DNA of 54,233 nucleotides from an uncultured bacterium. Its GTDB lineage: Bacteria > Zixibacteria > MSB-5A5 > UBA10806. The stretch's first letter is position 1. Each line of letters opens with the position of its first letter. Below are positions 45,373-54,202 of the stretch, in pieces. The translations under genes were made by a program, and so were the position numbers. A model generated the notes under the pieces. That model was not told the DNA's origin. It saw only the letters and a list, made by a program, of their open reading frames with translations, and made no database searches. The DNA lies in NCBI GenBank assembly GCA_965602185.1, contig CBFCYP010000002.1, positions 1 to 54,233 on the forward strand, written 5' to 3'.

Positions 45373-46818
45373 ATGGAGAGAAAAAAAGTAGCGGAGAACA
45401 TCTGGGAGATTCCCGTAAGTCATAAACCCGGTATGAGGGTTCCGGCCCGGATAGTGGCGTCGGATAATCTAATGAATGGCATGGACGAAGGCGTTATTAA
45501 CCAGATAACCAATGTCGCCTGTCTGCCGGGAATAAGAGGGTATGCCTGGTGCATGCCCGACGGTCATCACGGGTACGGTTTTCCCATTGGCGGCGTCGCC
45601 GCGTTCGATACCGAAGAGGGCATTATCTCTCCGGGCGGGATCGGATTTGACATTAATTGCGGTGTCAGGATGATAAGCACGAACCTGACCGAGCAGGAAA
45701 TCAAGCCGAAACTCAGGGGGCTGATAAACGAAATATTCGATTCCGTTCCGGCGGGCGTGGGCAAAAGCGGATTTGTGAAGTTAAACAGAAGATCGTTTGA
45801 AGATGTTATAACGTCCGGTGCCTCGTGGTGCCTTAAAAACGGATACGCTTTTGAATCCGATCTGGATCATATCGAACAACGCGGTAAAATTCCCGGAGCC
45901 GATCCTTCGTCGGTATCTGAGAAGGCTTTCAAGCGTGGCGTCGACCAGATGGGCACTCTGGGTTCCGGCAATCATTACCTGGAGATTCAAACCGTTCGTT
46001 TCGACGAAACCTGCGATAGAGATATAGCCGAAAAACTCGGCGTAAAAGAACCGGGGCAAATCGTCATCATGATCCACTGTGGTTCGCGAGGTTTCGGACA
46101 TCAAATCGGCACCGACTACCTTCAGAGCTTCGGGAAGGCTATGCAGAAATATGGGATCAAAACAAACGACAGGGAACTGGCCTGCGCGCCAATCAATTCG
46201 CCCGAGGGAAAGGCCTATTATGGCGCTATGGCCTGCGCCGCCAACACCGCTTTCGCCAACAGACAGGTGATCACCGATTCGATCAGGAAATGTTTCTCCA
46301 AAGCATTTGGGAAACCGGTGGACCGTCTTGGAATGAACCTTATTTATGATGTCGCTCACAATATCGCCAAGTTTGAGAAATATGAGATTAACGGCAAACC
46401 GACGTCGCTTCTCGTACATCGTAAAGGGGCGACCAGGGCGTTCGGACCCGGGAATCCGGAACTGTCGGGGATTTTCAGAGATATCGGCCAGCCGGTCCTG
46501 GTTGGCGGTTCGATGCAAACCGGTTCCTATCTGCTGATGGGCACCAAAAAAGCGGAAGAGTTGACATTCGGATCGACACTTCACGGCGCGGGACGTGTCA
46601 TGTCTCGTACCAGAGCCAAAAAGCAAATTAGAGGATCTAACCTGCAACAGATTATGGAAAAAGAGGGAATAATCGTAAAAGCCGCTTCATTTGCGGGGCT
46701 TGCCGAGGAGGCCGGTTTCGCCTATAAAAACGTGTCCGAGGTTGTAAAAGTCGTTGATTCGGTTGGAATTTCCAAAAAAGTGGCCCGCCTGTTGCCATTG
46801 GCAAATATCAAGGGTTAA
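45373..46818 (+). CDS. rtcB: RNA-splicing ligase RtcB (3'-phosphate/5'-hydroxyl RNA ligase)
   Basis: Motifs MPDGHHGYGFPIGGV, GSGNHYLEIQ, HCGSRGFGHQ and HGAGR. Confidence 0.96.
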   Translation: MERKKVAENIWEIPVSHKPGMRVPARIVASDNLMNGMDEGVINQITNVACLPGIRGYAWCMPDGHHGYGFPIGGVAAFDTEEGIISPGGIGFDINCGVRMISTNLTEQEIKPKLRGLINEIFDSVPAGVGKSGFVKLNRRSFEDVITSGASWCLKNGYAFESDLDHIEQRGKIPGADPSSVSEKAFKRGVDQMGTLGSGNHYLEIQTVRFDETCDRDIAEKLGVKEPGQIVIMIHCGSRGFGHQIGTDYLQSFGKAMQKYGIKTNDRELACAPINSPEGKAYYGAMACAANTAFANRQVITDSIRKCFSKAFGKPVDRLGMNLIYDVAHNIAKFEKYEINGKPTSLLVHRKGATRAFGPGNPELSGIFRDIGQPVLVGGSMQTGSYLLMGTKKAEELTFGSTLHGAGRVMSRTRAKKQIRGSNLQQIMEKEGIIVKAASFAGLAEEAGFAYKNVSEVVKVVDSVGISKKVARLLPLANIKG

Positions 46819-46942
46819 ACATCGATCCTGATTAATCCTGAAACATGGATTATCATCAATATTTTGAAAAAAAGGCATATTTTAATCATATCTTATTATT
46901 TTCATGTAATAATTTCCGAAATATATATAGAGGAATTCGATT

Positions 46943-47155
46943 ATGTTACAACGATTTAAATCATATCAAGAATTAAAATCGTCCTTATCGCTTGACAATT
47001 TCGAAATCCTGCCGGATGAGTCGGAAAATAGATGTGTTTACTGTGGCCTGGATTTATATGAAGTGCTTTATGAAGATGGAAACTATACCTACGTGCGCTG
47101 CAATCTATGTAACGCCTTCTGGATAATGCCCAGCAAATCTTTAGATTTCGCATAA
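46943..47155 (+). CDS. Hypothetical 70-aa Cys4 (CxxC...CxxC) protein in an AT-rich spacer
   Basis: ORF only. It contains CVYCG ... CNLC. The local DNA is visibly AT-rich. No family recognised. Confidence 0.35.
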   Translation: MLQRFKSYQELKSSLSLDNFEILPDESENRCVYCGLDLYEVLYEDGNYTYVRCNLCNAFWIMPSKSLDFA

Positions 47156-47238
47156 TAGCGTATAATTAAATATCATATTGTATTTCGAATTATCTCGAAT
47201 ATAAAAAGCATAGCCTTAAAGTAACCCGGCAAAAAAGC

Positions 47239-47268
47239 TTGACTATATAATCAATCCGCAAGTATAAT
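47239..47268 (+). promoter_or_regulatory. Near-consensus sigma70 promoter upstream of pfkA
   Basis: TTGACT (47239-47244), an 18-nt spacer, then TATAAT (47263-47268). Confidence 0.6.
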
Positions 47269-47314
47269 TGTGCACTGTTTTTATGGAGAATCTGGGACGG
47301 GAGATTTTACTGTT

Positions 47315-48277
47315 ATGATGAAAAGAATAGCGGTTTTAACATCGGGCGGAGATGCTCCGGGCATGAACCCCTGCGTCAGGGCGATTGTATACGAGGCGGA
47401 AGAGAAAGGCGTCGAAATATACGCTATAAAACGCGGTTTTCTGGGCCTACTGGACAACGATTTTTCACCCATGCAGGTGAAAGACACGAGCGGCATCATT
47501 CAACGCGGCGGCACCATCCTTCGATCCGCTCGCTGCGAGGAATTTAAATATGAGGAAGCGCAAAAAGAGGGTATAAAGAACCTTATCGATAATAATTGCG
47601 ATGGTTTAATAATCATCGGCGGAGACGGTTCGTTAAGGGGCGCGTCCGCTATTTCGGATAGAGGCGTCAACGTAATAGGAATCCCCGCATCGATAGATAA
47701 CGATATTTACGGCACGGACATGTCTCTGGGCGTCGATACGGCGCTCAACAATATTGTCGAGGTCATCGACAAGATCAAGGATACCGCTTCATCCCATGAG
47801 AGAACGTTTATTATTGAGGTTATGGGAAGAGGCTCCGGTTACCTGGCGTTGATCTCGGCGATAACTACTGGGGCCGAAGCGGCGATTATACCGGAGGTGG
47901 AATACGATCTGGAGAAAATCGCCGGCCGCATACTGGAAAGGTATAAAAGGCATAAGACCGCTAATATCATAGTGGTGGCGGAGGGAGCGTCGACCGGCTA
48001 TCAGATAGGCCGGAAACTCTCGAAAATCGCAAATATAATATCGAAGATAACCGTACTGGGGCATCTTCAAAGAGGCGGTTCCCCTTCCTCTTTCGACAGG
48101 TTACTCGGCTCAAGATTGGGCTCGGCCGCCGTGAACAGGCTGTTAAAAGGCGAATCGAATGTAATGGTCGGTATCGTAAAGGGAGAATTGAAAACGACCC
48201 CTTTTGACGACGTTCTGGGTAAGAAAAGGGATTTTGACGAGAATCTGATTAAACTCGCCAAAACACTCGGAAAATAA
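47315..48277 (+). CDS. pfkA: ATP-dependent 6-phosphofructokinase
   Basis: MMKRIAVLTSGGDAPGMN, IIGGDGSLRGA, IDNDI and MGR motifs. The ORF-track start 47270 lies directly after the -10 box, so ATG 47315 is preferred. Confidence 0.93.
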   Translation: MMKRIAVLTSGGDAPGMNPCVRAIVYEAEEKGVEIYAIKRGFLGLLDNDFSPMQVKDTSGIIQRGGTILRSARCEEFKYEEAQKEGIKNLIDNNCDGLIIIGGDGSLRGASAISDRGVNVIGIPASIDNDIYGTDMSLGVDTALNNIVEVIDKIKDTASSHERTFIIEVMGRGSGYLALISAITTGAEAAIIPEVEYDLEKIAGRILERYKRHKTANIIVVAEGASTGYQIGRKLSKIANIISKITVLGHLQRGGSPSSFDRLLGSRLGSAAVNRLLKGESNVMVGIVKGELKTTPFDDVLGKKRDFDENLIKLAKTLGK

Positions 48278-48348
48278 ACTGAAAGTGATCCAGAGAATCT
48301 GTATAAGGGCGCCGAATTGATTTTCGGCTGATTGAATAAGGAGGATTT

Positions 48349-49347
48349 ATGCCCGTTAAAGTTGGAATTAACGGTTTCGGAAGAATTGGTCGTCTGGTTA
48401 CCAGAGCAGGATTGAAAGACCCGGACCTGGAGTTTGTGGCCGTCAATGATATTACCGATGCTAAAACCCTGGCGCATCTTTTTAAATACGACTCGGTCAT
48501 GGGGCCGTATAAAGGAGAAGTAAAGGCTGTTGACGGCGGCATAAGTATTGATGGCAAATCGATAAAGATTTTTTCGGAACGCGATCCCGCCAATATTCCC
48601 TGGAAAGGTGTCGGAGCCGAAGTCATCGTTGAATCCACAGGGCTTTTTAGAACCCGCGAAGCCGTCGGGAAACATATTGATGGAGGAGCGAAACGGGTCC
48701 TGATTTCCGCCCCGGCTAAAGACCACGATGGAACCTTCGTAAAGGGGGTAAATTCTGAGCAGTTCGATAAATCTAAACATAAAATAATTTCCATAGGTTC
48801 TTGTACTACAAACTGTTTAGCCCCGATAGTTAAAGTATTAAATGATAGTTTCAAGATTAAGCGGGCCTTTATGACCACCATACACGCTTACACAAATGAT
48901 CAACGGATTCTGGACGCGCCTCATAAGGATCTGCGTCGCGCGAGATCGGCGGCGGTATCGATGATTCCCACTACGACCGGCGCCGCTAAAGCGATATCCG
49001 AAGTAATCCCGGACGTTAAGGGTAAAATCGACGGCTGTGCCATACGCGTGCCCACTCCCGTCGGGTCACTGATCGATCTAGTGGCCGATCTGGAAAAAAG
49101 CGTTTCCATTGACGATGTCAACGCCGCCATGAAGAAAGCCGCGGACGGCCCGATGAAGGGGGTGTTGGAATATACCGAGGATCCCATTGTTTCAGTCGAT
49201 ATAGTCGCCAATCCTCATTCATCCGTTTTCGACGCGCTTTCCACCATGAAAGTCGGTGATAACTTCGTTAAGGTATTTTCATGGTATGATAATGAATGGG
49301 GATTCTCCAACCGCATGATTGATATGTTGAAAATGATGGGGGATTGA
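48349..49347 (+). CDS. gap: Type I glyceraldehyde-3-phosphate dehydrogenase
   Basis: VGINGFGRIGR, SCTTNCLAP and WYDNEWG motifs. AAGGAGG SD. Confidence 0.97.
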   Translation: MPVKVGINGFGRIGRLVTRAGLKDPDLEFVAVNDITDAKTLAHLFKYDSVMGPYKGEVKAVDGGISIDGKSIKIFSERDPANIPWKGVGAEVIVESTGLFRTREAVGKHIDGGAKRVLISAPAKDHDGTFVKGVNSEQFDKSKHKIISIGSCTTNCLAPIVKVLNDSFKIKRAFMTTIHAYTNDQRILDAPHKDLRRARSAAVSMIPTTTGAAKAISEVIPDVKGKIDGCAIRVPTPVGSLIDLVADLEKSVSIDDVNAAMKKAADGPMKGVLEYTEDPIVSVDIVANPHSSVFDALSTMKVGDNFVKVFSWYDNEWGFSNRMIDMLKMMGD

Positions 49348-49387
49348 AGAGAAATTAACCGTTAATCCTATTCCGGGGAGGGGAATT

Positions 49388-51637
49388 ATGGCCCGGAGCA
49401 TGTTGTTTATTGCATGTATCCTCATAATCGCTTTGGGGATACCCGGTTGTGAAAAAACCGTCAGGCAGGAGAACGGCTATATAGCCGGAACCGTTACTGT
49501 CGAAGGGGCGGGCATCGATGGTGTTACCGTAACCGTTTCATCTTATGCCATTTCTACCGGCAACGCCAAACCGTCGCCGGGAATATATTCAGCAAAGATG
49601 GCCGCAAGAGGCGATTACAGGATTGAACTTTTACCGGGGCAATATCGAATTGATTTTGACTTGGTTCTTGACGGCGAAATACTCCATACGGCCCGATATC
49701 CTGTCGGAGTCAGCATAGGTTTTGAAACAGTTGTCAATGTCGATTTGAAAGATCCTGTACCTCAAAACCTCATTGGCAGAAATGATGACGCTTCGGTGCT
49801 TTTAACATGGGAACATGCTTACCGGGCGTCGACGTACAACGTCTACAGGGCCGCCGAATCCGAAGAAATATTCAGGCCGGTCGCGATAATAGATTCGGCG
49901 TTCGGGACCGTTAGATACGTGGACACCCCACCGGCGATAGACTCTTACCGGTACAAAGTTACGGGGGTCTCAAACCAGGTTGAATCGGATCCTTCTGAAG
50001 CCGCGATGGTCGATTTTACAGGCATCATATCTCCGCCGACAGGTTTTTCCGCTTCCGATAATGTCACTCATGTTTTGCTTGCGTGGACATTGAAATTAAA
50101 CGTTACCCATTATAAAATCTATAGAAGAACGTCCGAAAGCCCCGGCAACTGGATCGTCATCGATTCCACCGCTCAGTCTCAGTATCAGGATGTGCCGGAA
50201 ACATACGGTACTTATACTTACTACATAACCGCGGTTTCTTATCTTGGAACGGAATCCGATCCTTCGGTCAATAGGATGGTTGAGTTTGACGGTTTATTCG
50301 ATCCGCCCTCCGGCGTAATCCTGATCGACAGGGGCTCAAACCTCTATTTAACCTGGATGGGAGAGGAAAACGTCGGCTATTATAATATCTACCGATCGGA
50401 TATTCCCGACAGCGATTTTGTGAAGATCGACAGTTCCTTTGTCCCGTATTATGAAGATTTTCCCACCTTGTTCGGGTATTATTATTATCGCGTTACCATA
50501 GTCGGTCCCAACAATCTCGAATCTGAAATGTCGAACGTTGTCAGCGCTTATTTCGACGGCAGACTCGATCCGCCCGACCAGGTTCTCGCCACCGACCTGG
50601 GATTATCGGTGGAGGTCAGCTGGAGCGAAGTGCTCTGGGCGGCGGCCTATATAGTCTATCGCTCGGATGACGGAGGCGTTACCTACAACCAGATATCCAG
50701 GGTAAGCGGCGAGAATTCGACTAAAATCGATACGCCTCCGCAGGCCGGTGATTATTATTATAAAACCGCCACCGAGACTCTTGATGGCGTAGTGGGGGCA
50801 TTATCCTCCGCCGCTAATGTCCATTTCAGCGACAATTTACCGGGGCCGGTTAACGTGGCGGCGGAGAACTTCGGCACCTTCGTGGAGATCATCTGGGATG
50901 AGGTTCCCGGCGCTGACGGCTACACGGTTCACAGATCCACGACGTCCGGCGGCGTCTACAGTCAAATCGGATCGTCTCCCGAGCCGGATTATATCGATAT
51001 TCCACAGACGGCAGCCGCCTATTATTACAGGGTAAGAGCCGTAGATACCCTCGGTCATGTTTCGCCTTTTAGCTTTTACGCCTACACCTATTTCACCGAT
51101 CAACCTCAAACGCCTTTAAATGTAACCGCCGAGGATCTTTTCTATAAAGTTGGTGTAAGCTGGGAGAGCATAGATTCATCGTTTATTTTCATAATCTACA
51201 GGTCGGGCGCCGCCAACGGCGACTACGTTCCGATCGATACAGTGGAAGCCGAGCTGGAAATAACCGATTGGCCCCCGAGTACCGGCCATTATTACTATAA
51301 AGTGCAGGCGGAACATCCATCTCATGGTTCCTCGGACCTTTCTCAATACGGTCACGTATACTTTTCCGGAATACTGGAAACTCCTTCGAACCTGATTGTG
51401 AGTGACGAAAGCTTATATGTTGCCATCTTATGGGATGATATCGAAGGAGCGTCCGAATATGAAGTGTTTCGCGGTGTAAATGTAAACAATCTGATTGCCA
51501 TTCAAACGGTGTATTTATCGGAGGCTACGGATGTTCCCGATTCAGCGGGAACGTATTATTATGCGGTGTTGGCAAGAACTCAAGGCGGATTGGAATCGCC
51601 AAGGTCCGCCCCGGTTGGCGTTGATTTTAATCCCTGA
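49388..51637 (+). CDS. Large lipoprotein: carboxypeptidase-regulatory-like N-domain plus seven tandem FN3-like modules
   Basis: Signal/lipobox MARSMLFIACILIIALGIPG/C. GYIAGTVTVEG ... GQYRIDF is a CarboxypepD_reg-like beta-sandwich. Seven modules of about 89 aa follow. Confidence 0.8.
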   Translation: MARSMLFIACILIIALGIPGCEKTVRQENGYIAGTVTVEGAGIDGVTVTVSSYAISTGNAKPSPGIYSAKMAARGDYRIELLPGQYRIDFDLVLDGEILHTARYPVGVSIGFETVVNVDLKDPVPQNLIGRNDDASVLLTWEHAYRASTYNVYRAAESEEIFRPVAIIDSAFGTVRYVDTPPAIDSYRYKVTGVSNQVESDPSEAAMVDFTGIISPPTGFSASDNVTHVLLAWTLKLNVTHYKIYRRTSESPGNWIVIDSTAQSQYQDVPETYGTYTYYITAVSYLGTESDPSVNRMVEFDGLFDPPSGVILIDRGSNLYLTWMGEENVGYYNIYRSDIPDSDFVKIDSSFVPYYEDFPTLFGYYYYRVTIVGPNNLESEMSNVVSAYFDGRLDPPDQVLATDLGLSVEVSWSEVLWAAAYIVYRSDDGGVTYNQISRVSGENSTKIDTPPQAGDYYYKTATETLDGVVGALSSAANVHFSDNLPGPVNVAAENFGTFVEIIWDEVPGADGYTVHRSTTSGGVYSQIGSSPEPDYIDIPQTAAAYYYRVRAVDTLGHVSPFSFYAYTYFTDQPQTPLNVTAEDLFYKVGVSWESIDSSFIFIIYRSGAANGDYVPIDTVEAELEITDWPPSTGHYYYKVQAEHPSHGSSDLSQYGHVYFSGILETPSNLIVSDESLYVAILWDDIEGASEYEVFRGVNVNNLIAIQTVYLSEATDVPDSAGTYYYAVLARTQGGLESPRSAPVGVDFNP
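49754..51634 (+). repeat. Seven tandem ~267-nt (about 89-aa) FN3-like coding repeats, diverged at the DNA level
   Basis: The recurrent pattern P..(L/V) ... W ... (A/V).(Y/F).(I/V)YR ... Y.D.P...G.Y.Y.V.A ... ES..S ... (F/V)(D/S/T)G recurs seven times from PVPQNLIG to VGVDFNP. Confidence 0.65.
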
Positions 51638-51649
51638 TGAGGAGGTTTG

Positions 51650-52852
51650 GTGAATAAACTGACCGTTGATGATATCGAACTGGCCGGAAAACGAGTCCTG
51701 ATGCGGGTGGATTTCAACGTACCGCTCGAAGAGGGGAAGGTGGCGGATGATACCCGTATAAACGCCTCCATACCGACCATTCACAAGATCGTGACCTCCG
51801 GCGGTAAAGCCATTCTGATGTCTCACCTGGGACGTCCCAAAGGCGAGGTAAAACCGGAGTTCAGCCTGGAACCGGCGGCAAAACGGCTTTCCCAGTTGAT
51901 GGGCCGACAGGTGCTGTTCGTCCATGATTGTATCGGCGGCGAGGTCGAGGAAAAAATTAACAGCCTTCCGGACGGGGAGATTATCCTTCTCGAAAATCTA
52001 AGGTTTCACAAAGAGGAGGAGAAAAACGATCCCGGTTTCGCCAAAACCCTGGCCAAACTCGGGGATGTTTATGTCAATGACGCGTTTGGTTCTGCTCACA
52101 GGGCTCACGCGTCCACCGAGGGAGTCACCAAATTCATCTCGCCCTCGGCGGCCGGTTACCTGATGAAAAAAGAGCTCGATTATCTCGGCGTGGCCCTGGA
52201 GCATCCTGCCAGGCCGTTTGTCGCGATTCTCGGGGGAGCCAAGATTTCGGGCAAGATAGATGTTATTGAAAACCTTATGGATAAAGTGGATTCGTTTTTA
52301 ATAGGCGGAGGAATGGCATTTACTTTCTTTAAAGCAAAACAGTATGAAATCGGCAAATCGCTGCTTGATGGAGAAAAAGTCAATGAAGCCTCGAATATAT
52401 TAATGCTGGCCGAGAAACGCAGTATCGATTTTATATTGCCTGTTGACGTTGTTGTCACCCCCGATCCGGACGCTGATCCTCCCGAAATGGAGACCGTCAC
52501 CGCGGTGGGAATCGATCCCGAAATGGTCGGAGTGGATATCGGTTCGCGAACCGTAGAGAGATTTAAGAAGATTATTCTCTCCGCCGGCACGGTGGTTTGG
52601 AACGGACCGATGGGGATTTTCGAAAAGAAACCGTTCGCTACCGGCACTTTTGAAATAGCCAGGATCCTGGCCGAGGCCAGCGGATCCGGTTGCATATCGA
52701 TAGTGGGAGGCGGCGATTCCGCGTCCGCTGTCGCCAAGGCGGGACTGACCGAACAGATGTCGCATGTCTCGACAGGCGGAGGAGCCTCATTGGAATTTCT
52801 GGAGGGAAAAACCTTGCCGGGAGTAGCGGCGTTAACAAATAAGGGGGGTTGA
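51650..52852 (+). CDS. pgk: Phosphoglycerate kinase
   Basis: RVDFNVPL, NDAFGSAHRAH and STGGGASLEFLEGK motifs. GAGGAGG SD at 51639-51645 favours GTG 51650 over the ORF-track TTG 51647. Confidence 0.96.
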   Translation: MNKLTVDDIELAGKRVLMRVDFNVPLEEGKVADDTRINASIPTIHKIVTSGGKAILMSHLGRPKGEVKPEFSLEPAAKRLSQLMGRQVLFVHDCIGGEVEEKINSLPDGEIILLENLRFHKEEEKNDPGFAKTLAKLGDVYVNDAFGSAHRAHASTEGVTKFISPSAAGYLMKKELDYLGVALEHPARPFVAILGGAKISGKIDVIENLMDKVDSFLIGGGMAFTFFKAKQYEIGKSLLDGEKVNEASNILMLAEKRSIDFILPVDVVVTPDPDADPPEMETVTAVGIDPEMVGVDIGSRTVERFKKIILSAGTVVWNGPMGIFEKKPFATGTFEIARILAEASGSGCISIVGGGDSASAVAKAGLTEQMSHVSTGGGASLEFLEGKTLPGVAALTNKGG

Positions 52853-52853
52853 T

Positions 52854-53603
52854 ATGAGACGTCCATTTATCGCCGGCAACTGGAAAATGTTTACTACTCC
52901 GTCCACGGCCGCGGAGCTGGCCGTTGGTATAAGACACGCTACCGATGGTTGCGGTTTCGCCGATATAGCCGTTTTTCCTCCCTATATCTGTATTGCTGCC
53001 GTCAGGGAAACCTTAAACGGCTCGCGTATCGAAGTCGGCGCCCAGGATATGTTCTGGGAACCGGAGGGAGCTTACACCGGAGCGATTTCCGCTAAAATGA
53101 TAGCCGAAAGCGGTTGCGTGAGGGTTTTGATTGGACATTCAGAAAGACGTTCGTATTTCGGAGAGACCGACGAAAAAGTTTTGAAAAAAACCAAGGCCGC
53201 CCTTTCCCAAGGACTGAAACCGATTATCTGTATCGGCGAAACCCTGGAGCAGAGAGAAGCCGGAATCACCGAATCGATCCTGGACACTCAAATCAAGGAC
53301 GGTCTCGGCGCGTTAAAGAATATCGAAGCCGTGACGATCGCCTACGAACCGGTCTGGGCCATAGGCACCGGCAAAACCGCCACGCCCGAACAGGCTGACC
53401 GGGCGCACAAATATATCAGAAGCCTGATCGCGGATAGATGGGGAGACGATGTCTCCCGGAACATAAGGATACTGTACGGCGGTTCAGTAAAACCGGATAA
53501 CGCCCGCATTTTGTGGGAATGCGAGAATATCGACGGTTTCCTGGTGGGCGGCGCGAGCCTGAAGGCGGATTCCTTTCGCGATATTGTGAATTCGGTTAAA
53601 TAG
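52854..53603 (+). CDS. tpiA: Triose-phosphate isomerase
   Basis: IAGNWKM, IGHSERR and AYEPVWAIGTG motifs. Confidence 0.96.
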   Translation: MRRPFIAGNWKMFTTPSTAAELAVGIRHATDGCGFADIAVFPPYICIAAVRETLNGSRIEVGAQDMFWEPEGAYTGAISAKMIAESGCVRVLIGHSERRSYFGETDEKVLKKTKAALSQGLKPIICIGETLEQREAGITESILDTQIKDGLGALKNIEAVTIAYEPVWAIGTGKTATPEQADRAHKYIRSLIADRWGDDVSRNIRILYGGSVKPDNARILWECENIDGFLVGGASLKADSFRDIVNSVK

Positions 53604-53607
53604 GCTC

Positions 53608-53635
53608 TTGACAACCGGTTAAATTTAAGTATTTT
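53608..53635 (+). promoter_or_regulatory. Possible internal promoter for secG / tRNA-Leu
   Basis: TTGACA (53608-53613), a 16-nt spacer, then TATTTT (53630-53635). The -10 element is weak. Confidence 0.3.
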
Positions 53636-53676
53636 AATCTGATGTCGAATAATAGAGCGGAGGTTTACGATAGATT

Positions 53677-54090
53677 ATGAGTATTATTTATCCAATTCTT
53701 TTAGTAATTCATGTTATCGTCGCTTTGTGCCTGATTATCGCTGTACTGATGCAGTCATCCAAGGGTGAGGGACTCGCGGGGGCTTTCGGCGGCGGCGCGT
53801 TGACCGGCGCGGTTTTTGGCGGTCGCGGCGCGGCAACATTTCTTTCGAAGGCTACCACCATACTGGCCGTCGGGTATATGTCCACCAGCATATTGCTTTT
53901 CCTGTCGTTCGGAATGAGGTCCTCCGGCGGGCCCGCTTCCGGTGTTCTGGATGAACTGCAGGAAACCGGTACCGATTTGGCCCCGCCGCCGGCGACAACC
54001 GTACCCGGCGAAGCTCAGCCGACGGATCAGGGTGCCGCCGATGATCTTTTCCAGCAGTTTCCGCAAACGCCCGATACATCCGGCAATTAA
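53677..54090 (+). CDS. secG: Preprotein translocase subunit SecG with a long P/A/T/G/D-rich C-terminal tail
   Basis: LLVIHVIVALCLIIAVLMQSSKGEGLAGAFGGG is the SecG signature, followed by a second TM helix. Residues from about 78 to 137 are a low-complexity extension. Confidence 0.85.
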   Translation: MSIIYPILLVIHVIVALCLIIAVLMQSSKGEGLAGAFGGGALTGAVFGGRGAATFLSKATTILAVGYMSTSILLFLSFGMRSSGGPASGVLDELQETGTDLAPPPATTVPGEAQPTDQGAADDLFQQFPQTPDTSGN

Positions 54091-54103
54091 AGATTTCATT
54101 CAA

Positions 54104-54185
54104 GCGGAAGTGGTGGAATCGGTAGACACGCTATCTTGAGGGGGTAGTGCCGAAAGGTGTGGGGGTTCAAATCCCCCCTTCCGCA
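54104..54185 (+). tRNA. tRNA-Leu (anticodon GAG), class II with a long variable arm; CCA is not encoded
   Basis: Acceptor stem GCGGAAG/CTTCCGC. Anticodon stem CTATC/GGTAG with loop TTGAGGG. Variable arm TGCCGAAAGGTGT. T arm GGGGG-TTCAAAT-CCCCC. The layout is very close to E. coli tRNA-Leu. Confidence 0.93.
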
Positions 54186-54202
54186 GAATTAAACGCTTAA
54201 TC

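Noticed and set aside
45781-46647. 288-aa ORF antisense to rtcB
   Set aside because: It lies entirely inside, and opposite to, a gene with unambiguous RtcB motifs. Its translation is low-complexity (R/G/S/F-rich) with no recognisable family and no SD. It looks like a codon-bias shadow ORF.
47270-47314. Start at 47270 for pfkA (ORF track)
   Set aside because: It begins 2 nt after the TATAAT -10 box of a near-consensus promoter, so it would lie upstream of or at the transcription start. The canonical PfkA N-terminus MKRIAVLTSGGD starts at 47315/47318.
48311-48328. Hairpin GCCGAA-TTGATT-TTCGGC between pfkA and gap as a terminator
   Set aside because: The stem is only 6 bp and no U-tract follows; the sequence runs on as TGATTGAATAAGGAGG. 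pfkA and gap are probably co-transcribed, or the hairpin is only a weak attenuator.
48067-48881. Two overlapping antisense ORFs (237 and 210 aa) across the pfkA end and gap
   Set aside because: They lie opposite strongly supported pfkA and gap genes. They have no motifs and mutually overlapping frames, which is typical of shadow ORFs.
52180-52866. 228-aa ORF antisense to pgk
   Set aside because: It is opposite a canonical pgk gene. The sequence is S/P/A/I-rich with no family resemblance.
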